This document shows, piece after piece, positions 1-10,359 of a stretch of DNA of 64,000 nt. The position numbers were made by a program, and so were the translations under genes. A model generated the notes under the pieces. The model was not told where the DNA came from. It did no database searches and was given only the letters and a program-made list of their open reading frames with translations. Each line of letters starts with the position of its first letter. Position 1 is the first letter of the stretch. Origin of the DNA: Macrostomum lignano (lineage: Eukaryota); NCBI GenBank assembly GCA_002269645.1, contig NIVC01002722.1, forward strand, positions 1 to 64,000, read 5' to 3'.

Positions 1-719
1 TCTCTAATAGTCGCAGATACGGTACAAGTAAATGAATTACGCGGTAGAAAGCAATTCCAGATGGATTTAGATTGATGATCCTAATCTGACATAAAGACTG
101 ACTGAGACTTGAATTCTTAATATTTGATTGACTCCAAATTTTAACACAGATTAGATAACGCAATTTGCAATTGAACACTTGACAAATGAAATAACAACGC
201 ACTCCGGCGAGTGGATCTCAATGCTGGAAGAAGTGAAAAGGCGAAACCAGAACACAGGACCAACGGAAAAGCTCCCTACACACCCCTGGCCTAATCCCAA
301 GGTCCTACTCTCAGAAGAGGACACTGACGGCCTGACGGTTCAGCGAATCCCTCGCCAAATCCTACCAGATATGCCTTTCATTGAAACACTGGGGCCCTCG
401 GATCGAGGTCGCGTACTATGTCAAACCGACAGTTCCTACCTATATCGCGCTTGCCGACGACAAACTCTGAACATGGTTGTCGCGATTGTTACGCCGGCAA
501 AGGCTACTGCGGTCGGGCAGCGGAACAAGATATGGGCCGGGGCTCGACTCGATAAAAGCGCCTCAAAGCACGGCAGATGGCAAAACGGCCGGGAGACGAA
601 AACGATCAACCAGACGAAAAGGAGAAGAACCGGGATGTCTGTCTGGCTGACCGCTCGATTATCCAAATTGCACTGAACCCACGGCGCGCTCTCAGGCCGG
701 GTAGAGTCGGGTTTTGACA

Positions 720-1490
720 CCGGGTTCGGTGTTCGGGGTAGGCGTTCAGGTCGGGTTCGGGGTAGTGTATTCGGGTTCGGGTTTCGGTTGTTCGGGTTTT
801 GGTACCGGGTTCGGGGTTTTCGGGTTTTTTATATTTTTTACGAGTTGAAACGAAATTAAGCGTAAACTGAGTGTTTCTAGGTTTTTTCGCATATATTTAA
901 TTTTTTAAATCGTCTTAAATATCATTCCAGTATGCTACCTTACCTTATAATGCGCAACAATTTACACAAATGATAAATTAAGGCTTCGTCAAGAATTCGT
1001 TTAGAAAAAAAATGAATTTATATAATATTATAGCCTTCTCCAAGCAAAAGAAGACCATATTGGTGCATTTGCATTGCTTGCATTATACTGAGCTGAGGAA
1101 TGTCTTGACTAATATTATTATTATGCAATCATATTATTAAATAATTTATTGACAGAATCTTAAATAGTTCGCAGTGCCTCTATTTACGAATCTGCTGATT
1201 CCAAATTCTGAGGCATGTCTCTGGGTTAAAATGAAAAATGGACTATATTAATGTGATTTTCTAAAATTTAGTTGAATTTTTGACAGTCAGCATGACTCAA
1301 CTATACGAATAATTGTTGAGAATACGAAAAATAGTGCAACTATTTTGATTCTGATTGAGTATTGATGTTTTTTTCGGGTAGAATTTCGGGGTCGGGTTGG
1401 GTCGGGTTTTGGGTCCGGGTTCGGGGTTAGAGCTTTGGGTTCGGATTCTACCCCGAACCCGAAAAATGGAAACCCGAAAGCTCCTACCAG
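720..1490. repeat. Clusters of TCGGGTT-type short repeats (720-830 and 1380-1490), possible DNA-transposon subterminal repeats
   Basis: Many (T)TCGGG(T) units in both clusters; the second ends in an inverted CCCGAA block (tagagctttgggttcgg...ccgaaagctccta). No partner TIR or TSD identified. Confidence 0.35.
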
Positions 1491-1669
1491 GTTGTCGGCC
1501 CTCGGCTGATTTAACTGGTTTTGGAACGCGTCTAGTTGTTTCGCAATAATAAACTCTAACTAACAAAAAGCACCATGAAAACAAATCCAAAAATAGAACG
1601 AAAACATTAATTAATAATTAATGACAATTAAAGGTAATTTACGTAAGATGCTCACATTAAAGCAAGCAG

Positions 1670-3030
1670 ACTAAATGTCTAGGTATTACCCTGGAGCACA
1701 GGCTGAACTGGTCACCCCACGTTCAAACAAAAGCCAAAAAGGCCCTCGTAGTCCTCGCGCAACTGCGCAGGGCTGTCGGCACCACCTGGGGGCTCACCCC
1801 CAAGCGCCTCTGGTGAATCTACACTGCAATGGTTAGGCCCGCTATCTAGTATGGCGGCCTGATCTGGGCTAGCGCCCTGCAGATAAAGACCTGTCTAGAG
1901 GCTCTCAGGAGAACGCATGGGCGCGCATGCCGCATGATCATGAGCGCCCCCCGTCTGCTCCCTAAGATGGCCACAACGCTTTCCTCAACATTCCCCGCGC
2001 TGGACATCTTCGTCCGCAGGGAAGCGGCTAAGACTACCCGCCGTCTAATTGACGCTGGCATTCGAATCCAGCCCCAAAGGGCCATGGCTAAGCGCAAGCT
2101 CCTGCCTCTCGCCGACCTCTGCCTCAAAGACTTGAGAGACAGCGAGCGGGCTCCACGTCTTATCTGACGGCGAACGCCGCACTCTCAACCTCTTTCAGCG
2201 CTACAAGGTCACCATCCCCTCAAGGGATGCTGCCACTGACCACTGGAACTTCCAGGAGGTCCATTGCTACACGGATGGATCCATCAAAGACGGCCACGCC
2301 GGCTTTGGGGTCTGCATCATCATCAACGGCCGCGTCATTTTTACGCATGCCCAGCACACTGGTAGACTCTCCACAGTCTTCGAGAACGAAGTCCTTGCCA
2401 TCAGCTCCTGCGCTGCAGAGCTGAACGCCAAGGGTACGAGAGGAGAGACTTGTCATCCACTCTGAAAGCCAAGCGGCCTTACAGGCCCTTTGCCACACCA
2501 CCACGAACTCCCGGCCGTCGCCGACTGCGTCCGGCAGCTCAACCTCCTGGCCAGTAGCAATACTGTCAGGCTGAAGTGGATCCCAGGGCACGCAGGCTTT
2601 CCGGGGACCCTCGCCAAGAGGGGCGGCTCTGGCTCTTTCTTTGGCCCTGCCCCCTTGGTCCCTATGCCTTCGACAGTCATCAATCTCGTGCCGTGGTTCC
2701 GTGTCTCTCTCGTAGGCTCAGAAACGTCCTTCTGAACCAAAATCAGAAGGATATTCGAGCCCTTGTCATGACCTTTACTGGCCATGGCTACCTCGCCAGG
2801 CACTGCTTGCTCAGCACTTTGTTTGTCACTGCCCTTTCTTTACCAGAGACCGGCTACGCTACCTCGGGCCGAACCCGTCCACTGACGAGGTCTGCCAACC
2901 CGACAGCATCCCACGGCTCATCCAGTTCTTTCGGGCGACAAGACGAGCCACTTTCTTCCCCACGGAAGATCACGCTGCAAGACGGACCGGCGGACCACCC
3001 TTGTAGAGATCTCCAAACATGGTAGCCTAC
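1670..3030 (+). mobile_element. Decayed 3' part of an RNase H-bearing non-LTR retrotransposon (I/R1/LOA-like)
   Basis: Broken frames give RT C-terminus (LGITLEHRLNWSPHV, AVGTTWGLTPK, YGGLIWASAL), RNase H motifs (CYTDGS, LKWIPGHAG) and a following ALVMTFTGHGYL segment; multiple stops and frameshifts. Confidence 0.8.
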
Positions 3031-3690
3031 TAGAAGTAGTAAGATAAAATTATGAACACAAATTTAAAAATAGCTATGCGTCATACTCTATTTTTAGTAA
3101 CACCAGTAATATCATGCAAACAGCGAGTGACTATGCTATTGTCCGAAAAACCGGTTCTCGACATCTATTTTTAGAACTTCCAAATACGGTAAATGTTAAC
3201 CTGAATGTGACCAAAGTCTCACCCTTTTCTATTCAAAAACCCCACCCGTCAAATAATAATATTCCCTTCGTGAACTCATCAAAAAATCGGTTCTGAGCTC
3301 AAGGTCGAATCAAGGCAGACAAATTGTGTATAAATACAAAAGCAAAATTCGAGCTGAAATCTCAGACTCGGAACAGCCTCCAAAGATCTTGGGCTTTGCA
3401 AGAGCAGCCAAACGAGGCTATATCTCTGAGGAAGAGATTAAATACCAATTGGTAAGCTTTGATTGAGTCTTCGTTATTTTGATTATTGAGAGCAATTTTA
3501 TTGCCGGCCGTTACTGTTCAGTTGATTTTTACTGAGTCTATTGAGTTTGAGGCCTCCCTTTTCCTAAGAGATTGGATAGGATCTGCGGACCGATTCCGAT
3601 ACCCTTAGAGGATTATCGAGTTATTGATTTTGGTTATCCTAGATTAACCGATAGGAGCACACGACTCCGATTCCATTAGTTCTAGAAGAC

Positions 3691-3696
3691 GACGCC
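3691..3696 (+). repeat. Left target-site duplication GACGCC of the Polinton-like element
   Basis: Identical hexamer at 14439-14444 directly abutting the other TIR. Confidence 0.92.
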
Positions 3697-4029
3697 ACTA
3701 CTACGGACTGGCAGATCCGTTGATTTTGCGAAGGTCCGTCGGGCTGATGTCGGCCTCTAGCACCGCGGCAAGGTGCTCCCTCGGGGTGTACCGCCTCCCC
3801 CGGGGTGTACCTCCAGCGGGGTGGGCGTCCAGCGAGTGTACCTCCAGCGGGGTGGGCCTCCCGCGAGTGTACATCCGGCCGGCTGGGCGTCCAGCGAGTG
3901 TACCTTCAGCGCATGGGCCTCCCTCGGGGTGTACATCCGGCGGGGGGGATTCCCGCCCCTCCCACCAATGTTGTGTGCACGCGGTTAGTGTAGGAAGGAA
4001 ACCCCCGATGCTGACGCAGCCCTGTACAG
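3697..4029 (+). repeat. Left terminal inverted repeat (~333 bp), begins ACTACTAC
   Basis: Reverse complement of 14107-14438; by eye three substitutions and one G-run indel. Confidence 0.93.
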
Positions 4030-4500
4030 TGAGCATGCAGCCCTGTAGCTGGGGACAGAGAGCAGCCCCTGTAGCAGGAGGGGTAGTGCGCGGAGAGCCG
4101 CCATCCCCCTGTAGCTGGGGACAGATAACAGGCGGCCCCCTGTATCAGGAGAGGGACAGAGAGTGCGTGGAGAGCCGCCATCCCTCTGTAGCAGGGGACA
4201 GATAACAGACGGCCCCCTGTAGCAGTATGAGGTGGGTGAGGGGTACAGAGAGACACGGGGTGCTGGGACAGAGAGTGCGTGGAGGCAGTAAGGGATAGAG
4301 GAAGCCGCCCTGCATGTCGCAGCACGCGGCGTGGACAAAGAGGGAGTGTGAGTCACACACCCCGCGGAGAGAGCAGCTCAGGCAGGAGGCGCGGGACAGA
4401 GAGGCAGTGAATCACACGGAGGGACAGCGAGCTCCCCCAGGCCGGGGTGGTAGAGGGACAGACCGGCGGTGAGTGATAGAGAGCCCCCAGGCTGCAGAGG
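4030..4500 (+). repeat. Left subterminal region with imperfect ~55-60 bp repeats and patchy inverted homology to 13690-13900
   Basis: Recurrent ggagagccgccatccc..ctgtag..ggggacagataaca units; caggcaggaggcgcgggacagagaggc..gtgaatcacac is mirrored near 13745-13785. Confidence 0.7.
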
Positions 4501-4581
4501 AATTGAAAAGAAAAAACACGTAATTCAGTTGTTTCAGGTTCAGGCCATCCGGCAAACAGAGCAAAGCTCTCCAACAGTGTT

Positions 4582-5211
4582 TTATTTAGCATAAACTACG
4601 GGGTAGCGCCCCAACACATTAGCATAGTAGCGAACAGATGCGTTCTGCAAGCAATTAACAATCAGGTAGGAGTAGGGCTCCCTAGTGGCGTCTTCGTACA
4701 TTTGAACAAAACTTTTTGGGTTAGCGGGGACAAGCTGCTTTGCAATATGGGCGACTGTACTAACGTCCCGTACATTGCGGAACAATACAAGGTAGTTTGC
4801 GTTAAGGGATTGAGTGCGGTGCTCCTTGCCCTTGGCAAACAGGTTTTGCACAAGGTACCAAAGCCGGAATCCCACATGGCTGACTTTGCGAGTGAAAAAT
4901 GCGGTAAAAGCAGCGTTTTTTTCCATGGCTTGCATTTGATCATCGACAACGAGTAGAATATTCGGAGCGGGAACATAGGTTTCAGGGTTAAATGTAGACG
5001 AGCGAAAATTGACAGGGTACGGTAATTCAAACAGTTCCGGGTCTGGATAGTGCCCAAACCAATCAACGCGAACAGGCTTAGGGTCCTGAAAAAACTCGTT
5101 TCGCAGCAATTCTTTAACAAGAGTTGTTTTTCCGCTCTGGTTAACACCAGCAAAAATCGCCGAAGTATTTGGAGCAAACTTTAGAGCGTCAGGATCAATT
5201 GTTTGGTACAT
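4582..5211 (-). CDS. A32/FtsK-HerA-like genome packaging ATPase
   Basis: Walker A GVNQSGKTT, Walker B LLVVDD, downstream YLVQNLF and SLNANYLVLF typical of Polinton ATPases. First ATG at 5211 (ORF track starts at TTG 5235). Confidence 0.93.
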   Translation of the reverse strand: MYQTIDPDALKFAPNTSAIFAGVNQSGKTTLVKELLRNEFFQDPKPVRVDWFGHYPDPELFELPYPVNFRSSTFNPETYVPAPNILLVVDDQMQAMEKNAAFTAFFTRKVSHVGFRLWYLVQNLFAKGKEHRTQSLNANYLVLFRNVRDVSTVAHIAKQLVPANPKSFVQMYEDATREPYSYLIVNCLQNASVRYYANVLGRYPVVYAK

Positions 5212-5245
5212 TTTCAGGGCGAGTTGACACTCCAAATATTAAAAA

Positions 5246-5683
5246 CTATTTTATTTGTAGAACATGTTTTCGAACCATCAAATCATTTTCAAGCAGATTG
5301 GTAGAGTAACATTCCCTTAAAATCTTTTCAATCGACAATCCCTCTAAAAAGTGCTTTTCGGCCACAAAAATCACGTGCAGCCCACACGCTACACTTAGAG
5401 GGTGTTGAACAGGGTGGCGATTCATAGCAGCAGGTGAATGTACATGCTTCGAGAACCAAGCCGAGAGCAATTCCGGCACGGGTTCAATACACAGGGGGTC
5501 AAAAAATGTCACACTCTTATCATCGTGTAGGCAAATCAGTCCCCAGTGGGTGCCTGGCAGATTACCCGTGTCAAAATTAATTACGTATGCAGCAGGGTAA
5601 ACAGGTGCAGGAATTCTGTCAAGAGGGCAAACGCGCACTTCCACAGGTAGTTTTAAACGTTCCAAAATTTCCAACGTGTTCAT
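5246..5683 (-). CDS. Adenain-like (Ulp1-fold) cysteine maturation protease
   Basis: His motif GTHWGL, FFDP (Asp), oxyanion Gln plus catalytic Cys in VQHPLSVACGLH; YVINFD motif. Confidence 0.92.
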   Translation of the reverse strand: MNTLEILERLKLPVEVRVCPLDRIPAPVYPAAYVINFDTGNLPGTHWGLICLHDDKSVTFFDPLCIEPVPELLSAWFSKHVHSPAAMNRHPVQHPLSVACGLHVIFVAEKHFLEGLSIEKILRECYSTNLLENDLMVRKHVLQIK

Positions 5684-6960
5684 ACGTAGTCCAGAATGGG
5701 CTGGCGGCCTCTAGTATTTTCACCGCGTTGTCAAAGTAACCAAACACCAAAACGTTAATCCCGGCAGGTAGGGCTGCAGAAAACTTTATCTGTAGGGTCA
5801 GATTCCCTCTCTCGCGAGGCATGCTATGTCCACCCAGTTCCATGTCGGGCATTAGATTCCACGCAAATAAGCAGTAACCGGCGCGATAATCCGAATATGA
5901 CAGGTCAATGTCCAAATCGCGATTCATTTTCCCTAGGCTCTTAAACAGCATGGCGTATTCGCGAGCATAGTTTTGGGCAGCGAACCTTGGAGTGAATGGT
6001 TGACCGCACAGACTGACACCGTCCTTGTACAGGGCCACACTGTCCGCCCCAAATGGCTCGAAATTGAACGGATTATGGGTGGCCACCCCGTTATATGCGG
6101 CACTATTGACCATTCCCATAATGACAAGTTTAGGCTTCTGCTCCGGGAAAATATTATTGATTGACACGTCGCGAACTCCTACAGCGACAGAGGTGTTGTG
6201 TACAACGAGGCGCTCGATGGGGTAGACTGCATTCTGAGTTGACAGCTGTTCTTCAATCTCCAAGGCCAGTTGGGGGTTAGCCTTTACCCGACGAACGTGT
6301 AATTTTGCACTTTGAAGAACCAACTTTGCATCAACCCCTTCGGCGTGATTCTCCACAACGAATCCCGAATTTTGCAGAGTGAGCGTAACCACCATATCAG
6401 TGTAGGGCAGCAGCATACGATCGTTGGTGACAAAAAAGTCGAGACTAAGAGGGCCATACAGATGAAATGTTCGAGAACCGGCAGCCATCGCCTTGCGAGT
6501 TACAAAGCCAGGATTTCCAACCGCAGCCATTTGACCCCCAGCGTCTTTAGCGTAGCCCATCATCCGCAGTTGGTTAGACTTTGAATCAGACCCATAACTC
6601 AGCATGTACGAATGTACGCCTTGTAGGCGTGGTTGTTGTTGCTAGACTCGATATGTGTACCATTTATGGAAAGAGACACGTTTTTGAACATGGTCTCCAA
6701 GAGGTAATTGATTGGCGCCACGTTTGAATCCGCCCCAAATCGGCTCCATTAGCTCTCTTAATACAACCTTTAATCTCGAGATCAATGTCATTAAGATCGA
6801 CAAACGTCTCGCCACCCACAATTCTAAACTCGACCACACTCGCATTTTCGACGCTGGCAACCGGATGGATTTCTTCAGTAGTTGAACCTACAGCAGCAAT
6901 CTGGTGAGCACGAGGGGCAAAGAGCTCAAACTCAGACTTTGTACACAGACACTCGGACAT
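5680..6960 (-). CDS. Major capsid protein (double jelly-roll, Polinton type), split by three 1-nt deletions
   Basis: N-terminus CLCTKSEFELF..Q..IHP..VEF, restored middle VAPINYLLETMFKNVSLSING..AYKAY..LSYGSDSK, restored end ..RGRQPILDYV* whose TGA overlaps the protease ATG. Frameshifts near 6735, 6603 and 5715. Confidence 0.88.
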
Positions 6961-6988
6961 GTTTAGTAGACAGAATCGATCGGCGAAT

Positions 6989-7333
6989 CTAATTGAAGCG
7001 GGGCTTTTTATTTATAGTGCTGAAAATGTCTGAATTGAGACGCTTCGGAGCCTTTTTTCTTCTTCGTCCGCTACCCCTTTGGGTAACCGTGTCTTTAAAG
7101 GCGTCCTTGGCAGCCTGAACAGAATTGCGCAGGACAGACTCTTTCAAATTGCCTCCTTGCTCGAGGCTATCGTTAACCGTAGTTGCTAGGGCTCTAGTAC
7201 CATGACGGAGAATGTTTTTACCAAAACTCTTTAGAATTGGCAGCGCGAAGCGGGCAATGCTTCCAAACAAACCGTTGCCCCTCTGGGCGCCTGCGAAAAC
7301 AGGCAAAGCTCCACCAATCAGAATAGAAGGCAT
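6989..7333 (-). CDS. Basic core/precursor protein (pVII/pVI-like) with protease-type cleavage motifs
   Basis: LIGG/A, QRGNG/L and QRGSG/R motifs, amphipathic LFGSIARFALPILKSFGK, K/R-rich C-terminus; sits between minor and major capsid genes. Confidence 0.7.
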   Translation of the reverse strand: MPSILIGGALPVFAGAQRGNGLFGSIARFALPILKSFGKNILRHGTRALATTVNDSLEQGGNLKESVLRNSVQAAKDAFKDTVTQRGSGRRRKKAPKRLNSDIFSTINKKPRFN

Positions 7334-7376
7334 GATTAAGCACTAGGATATAGTTTACTGAGGCTGTGTTGTTTAT

Positions 7377-8514
7377 TTATAGCTTCTTTTCGTGGATGTT
7401 AACGCTCAAGACGGTCTTGCCCTTCATTACTTTTGTCATATCCCTGCCCATATCATCGTTAATTTGTACTTCAATAGTTTTGAATGGGTGCTTAACCAGT
7501 GGTAGATATGCCGGATTGACAAACTCGTAGTACTCGCGACCGCCCTGAACTTTGGGATCCATCGGTATAGCTCCCAACAGAGGAACTTTAACGTCTCCTA
7601 CAATAACAGAATCGACTATGCTCGAATAGATGTACATTGTTTGTATTCCACCGGTTAATTCCATTGATGCGTTTGCGTAGAATTCCGATATACCGAAAAA
7701 TGGGGTTGTATAATCATGCTCTGGGAAACCAAGCACGCTGGTCAAGCGCCCCAGCCCAAACATGTAATCCGTCGAGCCAATGTAATAACACCTATTCGTA
7801 ACTTCGCTGTATCTGAAAAAGTCCGTTCTAGGTGCTGGAGCCGCTATGAATCTTTGATATGTTTCCAAATTATATCGTTGAGTTCCTCCACCAATCTTTT
7901 AGGTGTACTATAGTATCCTCCCTGCATAAAAAAGATTTGATCAGACGCTGCGCTAGTAACTTGTCTTATTATTGGAGCATGGTCCATTGACTGTACAGTC
8001 GGTTCCTCAACAACTGCGGTGATGGAGGCTGCACACCCCGCGTGTAATACGAGTTCAGTAGGTAGATCCTCATTAGACTCGAAGCCGGCGACCAGTTTAA
8101 ACACCTTGGGTAGGGTATCCGGGAATTTGATGCCGACGGTGGATTTTGAAGTATTCACAATCATAAAGGCGGTTGGGGATGTTCTTAAAAAGACAATTTT
8201 CTTATTATCCCCTTCAACGTATCGGATACCGTTTAGAAAGCCGGAAATACATTCTTCAGGGGTTTTCAGACCCGCTGCGAGACAAAGGTTTGCAAACGAC
8301 GAAGCCGTCAAGAGGCCCTCCTGTTCGCGAATGGTGATCGGTATAGATTTTTTGAAAGATTCAAATTCTTTGTAAAGTAGATCCGTTCGAGGCAAACCTC
8401 ATGATTCGGAAAGTGGAGAGTGTCCGGTAAATTAATAAAATAATGAGCCGGATTATTTTCGGGATAGTGCTCGGGGCACGCATTACTAGGCAGAAAGAGA
8501 TGCATGGTAGCCAT
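7377..8514 (-). CDS. Minor capsid protein (penton, single jelly-roll), split by two 1-nt deletions
   Basis: N-terminal LFLPSNA..YPENNPAHYFINLP..EVCL and C-terminal MYIYSSIV..VGDVKVPLL..YLPL..IEVQINDDMG..GKTVL typical of Polinton minor capsid; frameshifts near 8355 and 7868. Confidence 0.85.
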
Positions 8515-8517
8515 GCA

Positions 8518-9597
8518 TTAGTTATTATTACGTTGCCGTATATTTATAACTTCATTTACAGGTACAAATGAATTAAAAATGTCGGGATAACCGCGCCAGC
8601 TAACGTAATGGTGCGCAACACCATTTATTAACACGTTTCTACGCAAAACTTTATTGATTACAAAACGCTCGGGTCGGGTAGATTTGGACAGTTCATTGTA
8701 GTAAAACCGTCCCTCAATCACTTCACCAGACAAATCAGAAATACGATAAAAATGTGGGGGTCCAGGGCAAACTTTGGATATAATGTACACCTCCTCACTA
8801 TACATGTCGTACGCCTCCTTGTCGAATGCCCTGCGAGATTTCGAAATTCTCACAAAATCCCCCTTTTTATATACGGGTTCGTCTTTTTGTTGATGCGGGT
8901 AGAGCTTTTCCCACACACGCTTCTGATTGTGGAACCCTACACTTGACGGTTTCATCTCAATAGAAGAATGCGTCGTGTTGTTGTAATTACCTACCAAATT
9001 GGGTAAGTAGTCAACCCAACGCCACGTGTTGTTGTGCTCAAAGTAGCGAGCCAGACGCTTTCGAAGAGTTCTAATCAGCCTCTCGGCCATGTTTGCCTTG
9101 TACACAGAGTTGGTGCTGTACATTTTAACATTATTGTCTTTTAGTATGCGACGCATTCGCTGATTATAAAACTCGGTACCCCGATCCACGTGAAGGTAAA
9201 GGGGGCGGGCAGGGAAATCATTCGCCAACATCGACTCAAACGCTGCGGGGGTATCACTCTTTAGTTTAATTGCCCTACAAAAAGCCTGCTTACTAAGCAC
9301 ATCAATAACAACTAGTATATATTTATGTCCGTCATTCCAACGTTTGTATCGCGACATGTCCATCAAATCGGCTTGTAGAGTTTCCATGAATCCTCCCGAC
9401 ATTACTTTTCCCGTTTTAAATCTCCTGTTGACTCTCCGGTGACGGGTGTAACTCGGTTGGGTTTCTAGCCATTCCCTGGTTTGGCGTCTTGTCAGGTTTG
9501 GCGCCAGACGTTTGGCCTCCTGATAGACACGGGCAGCATTTGAAAAAGCGGCGGCTCCTTGTTCGTAAACTCGACGAAGAGCGGTTAGAGCCCTCAT
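8518..9597 (-). CDS. Retroviral-like DDE integrase with C-terminal chromodomain-like region
   Basis: QADLMD..YILVVIDVLSK, HVDRGTEF, MAERLIRTL (D,D,E) and C-terminal KVLRR..YVSWRGYPDIFNSFVP; intact 359-aa frame from ATG 9597. Confidence 0.95.
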   Translation of the reverse strand: MRALTALRRVYEQGAAAFSNAARVYQEAKRLAPNLTRRQTREWLETQPSYTRHRRVNRRFKTGKVMSGGFMETLQADLMDMSRYKRWNDGHKYILVVIDVLSKQAFCRAIKLKSDTPAAFESMLANDFPARPLYLHVDRGTEFYNQRMRRILKDNNVKMYSTNSVYKANMAERLIRTLRKRLARYFEHNNTWRWVDYLPNLVGNYNNTTHSSIEMKPSSVGFHNQKRVWEKLYPHQQKDEPVYKKGDFVRISKSRRAFDKEAYDMYSEEVYIISKVCPGPPHFYRISDLSGEVIEGRFYYNELSKSTRPERFVINKVLRRNVLINGVAHHYVSWRGYPDIFNSFVPVNEVINIRQRNNN

Positions 9598-9730
9598 TGA
9601 CAACAAGTGTGGATGCGCAGCATGAATAGTTGCACGTAATGTCGGCTGGGGAGTTGTCTACACAAAGCTTTGACGCGGCGGCTGCTGAGCCCATGACCGC
9701 CGGGCGCGCGGTTATGTTTGGACTAGGGTT

Positions 9731-10357
9731 CTATTTATAAAGAGTCACGTATTTTTTCTTTTTCTCGGGTGGTCTTAGTTGGTAATCGTGATATTTACCC
9801 ACCCCGGTACCTTGATCCACAAGTTTGGGCATAGCATTTACACCTTTGTTGCGCGTGGTCGTTAAATCGCGGGTGTCTGTCGCAATTGTGTGCTCATATT
9901 CATCGCGGTAATCGTCGGTACCAACCAAATGGTCAACCTTCTTTTCCTCCACAGGGAGCTGTTTCCGACCGAGCATAGACATTGGTATACGGGCCTTGTC
10001 TAGTAGAGCCCAGAAAGCGGTCGAATATTTCGGGTGATTATTAGTGTTGGTGGTGACGGCTTGTAGAAGATCAAAAACGTTGCTACCACCCCAAGTTTCA
10101 CCATCAAAAACGACTTCCCACGATTGGTTGTAATTTAGGCTAGGGTGCTTTTCTGTTAGTATATTCCATATACGTTGTTGCCTATCAGAAAATAGCTGCT
10201 TTGTCGTCTTTTGGGGTTTTACTTTAGCCAATTGGGTCTGTAGCTTTGCATTGTACTCTACAAGTTTTTCGTACTCCGATTTTGGGGCAATTTCTCGCGG
10301 AGTACCCTGCCTAAGCTGATTGAATTCCTCCTCGGGGACCACAACGTACTTGTCCAT
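9731..10357 (-). CDS. Conserved uncharacterised Polinton protein
   Basis: MDKYVVVP N-terminus and W..VFDGETWGGSNVFDLL motif resemble the ORF usually found just upstream of Polinton integrases (recalled pattern, not searched). Confidence 0.6.
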   Translation of the reverse strand: MDKYVVVPEEEFNQLRQGTPREIAPKSEYEKLVEYNAKLQTQLAKVKPQKTTKQLFSDRQQRIWNILTEKHPSLNYNQSWEVVFDGETWGGSNVFDLLQAVTTNTNNHPKYSTAFWALLDKARIPMSMLGRKQLPVEEKKVDHLVGTDDYRDEYEHTIATDTRDLTTTRNKGVNAMPKLVDQGTGVGKYHDYQLRPPEKKKKYVTLYK

Positions 10358-10359
10358 TT

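Noticed and set aside
179-676. 165-aa ORF at window start
   Set aside because: Starts at TTG, no recognisable motif; cannot be supported as a gene.
3701-4360. Many overlapping ORFs in the left TIR and their mirror images at 13664-14434
   Set aside because: By-products of GC-rich repeated TIR sequence; low complexity, present on both strands.
8340-8360. Programmed -1 frameshift at A AAA AAT in the minor capsid gene
   Set aside because: Any A6 run gives this heptamer, no downstream stimulatory structure was evident, and four similar deletions nearby point to error or decay.
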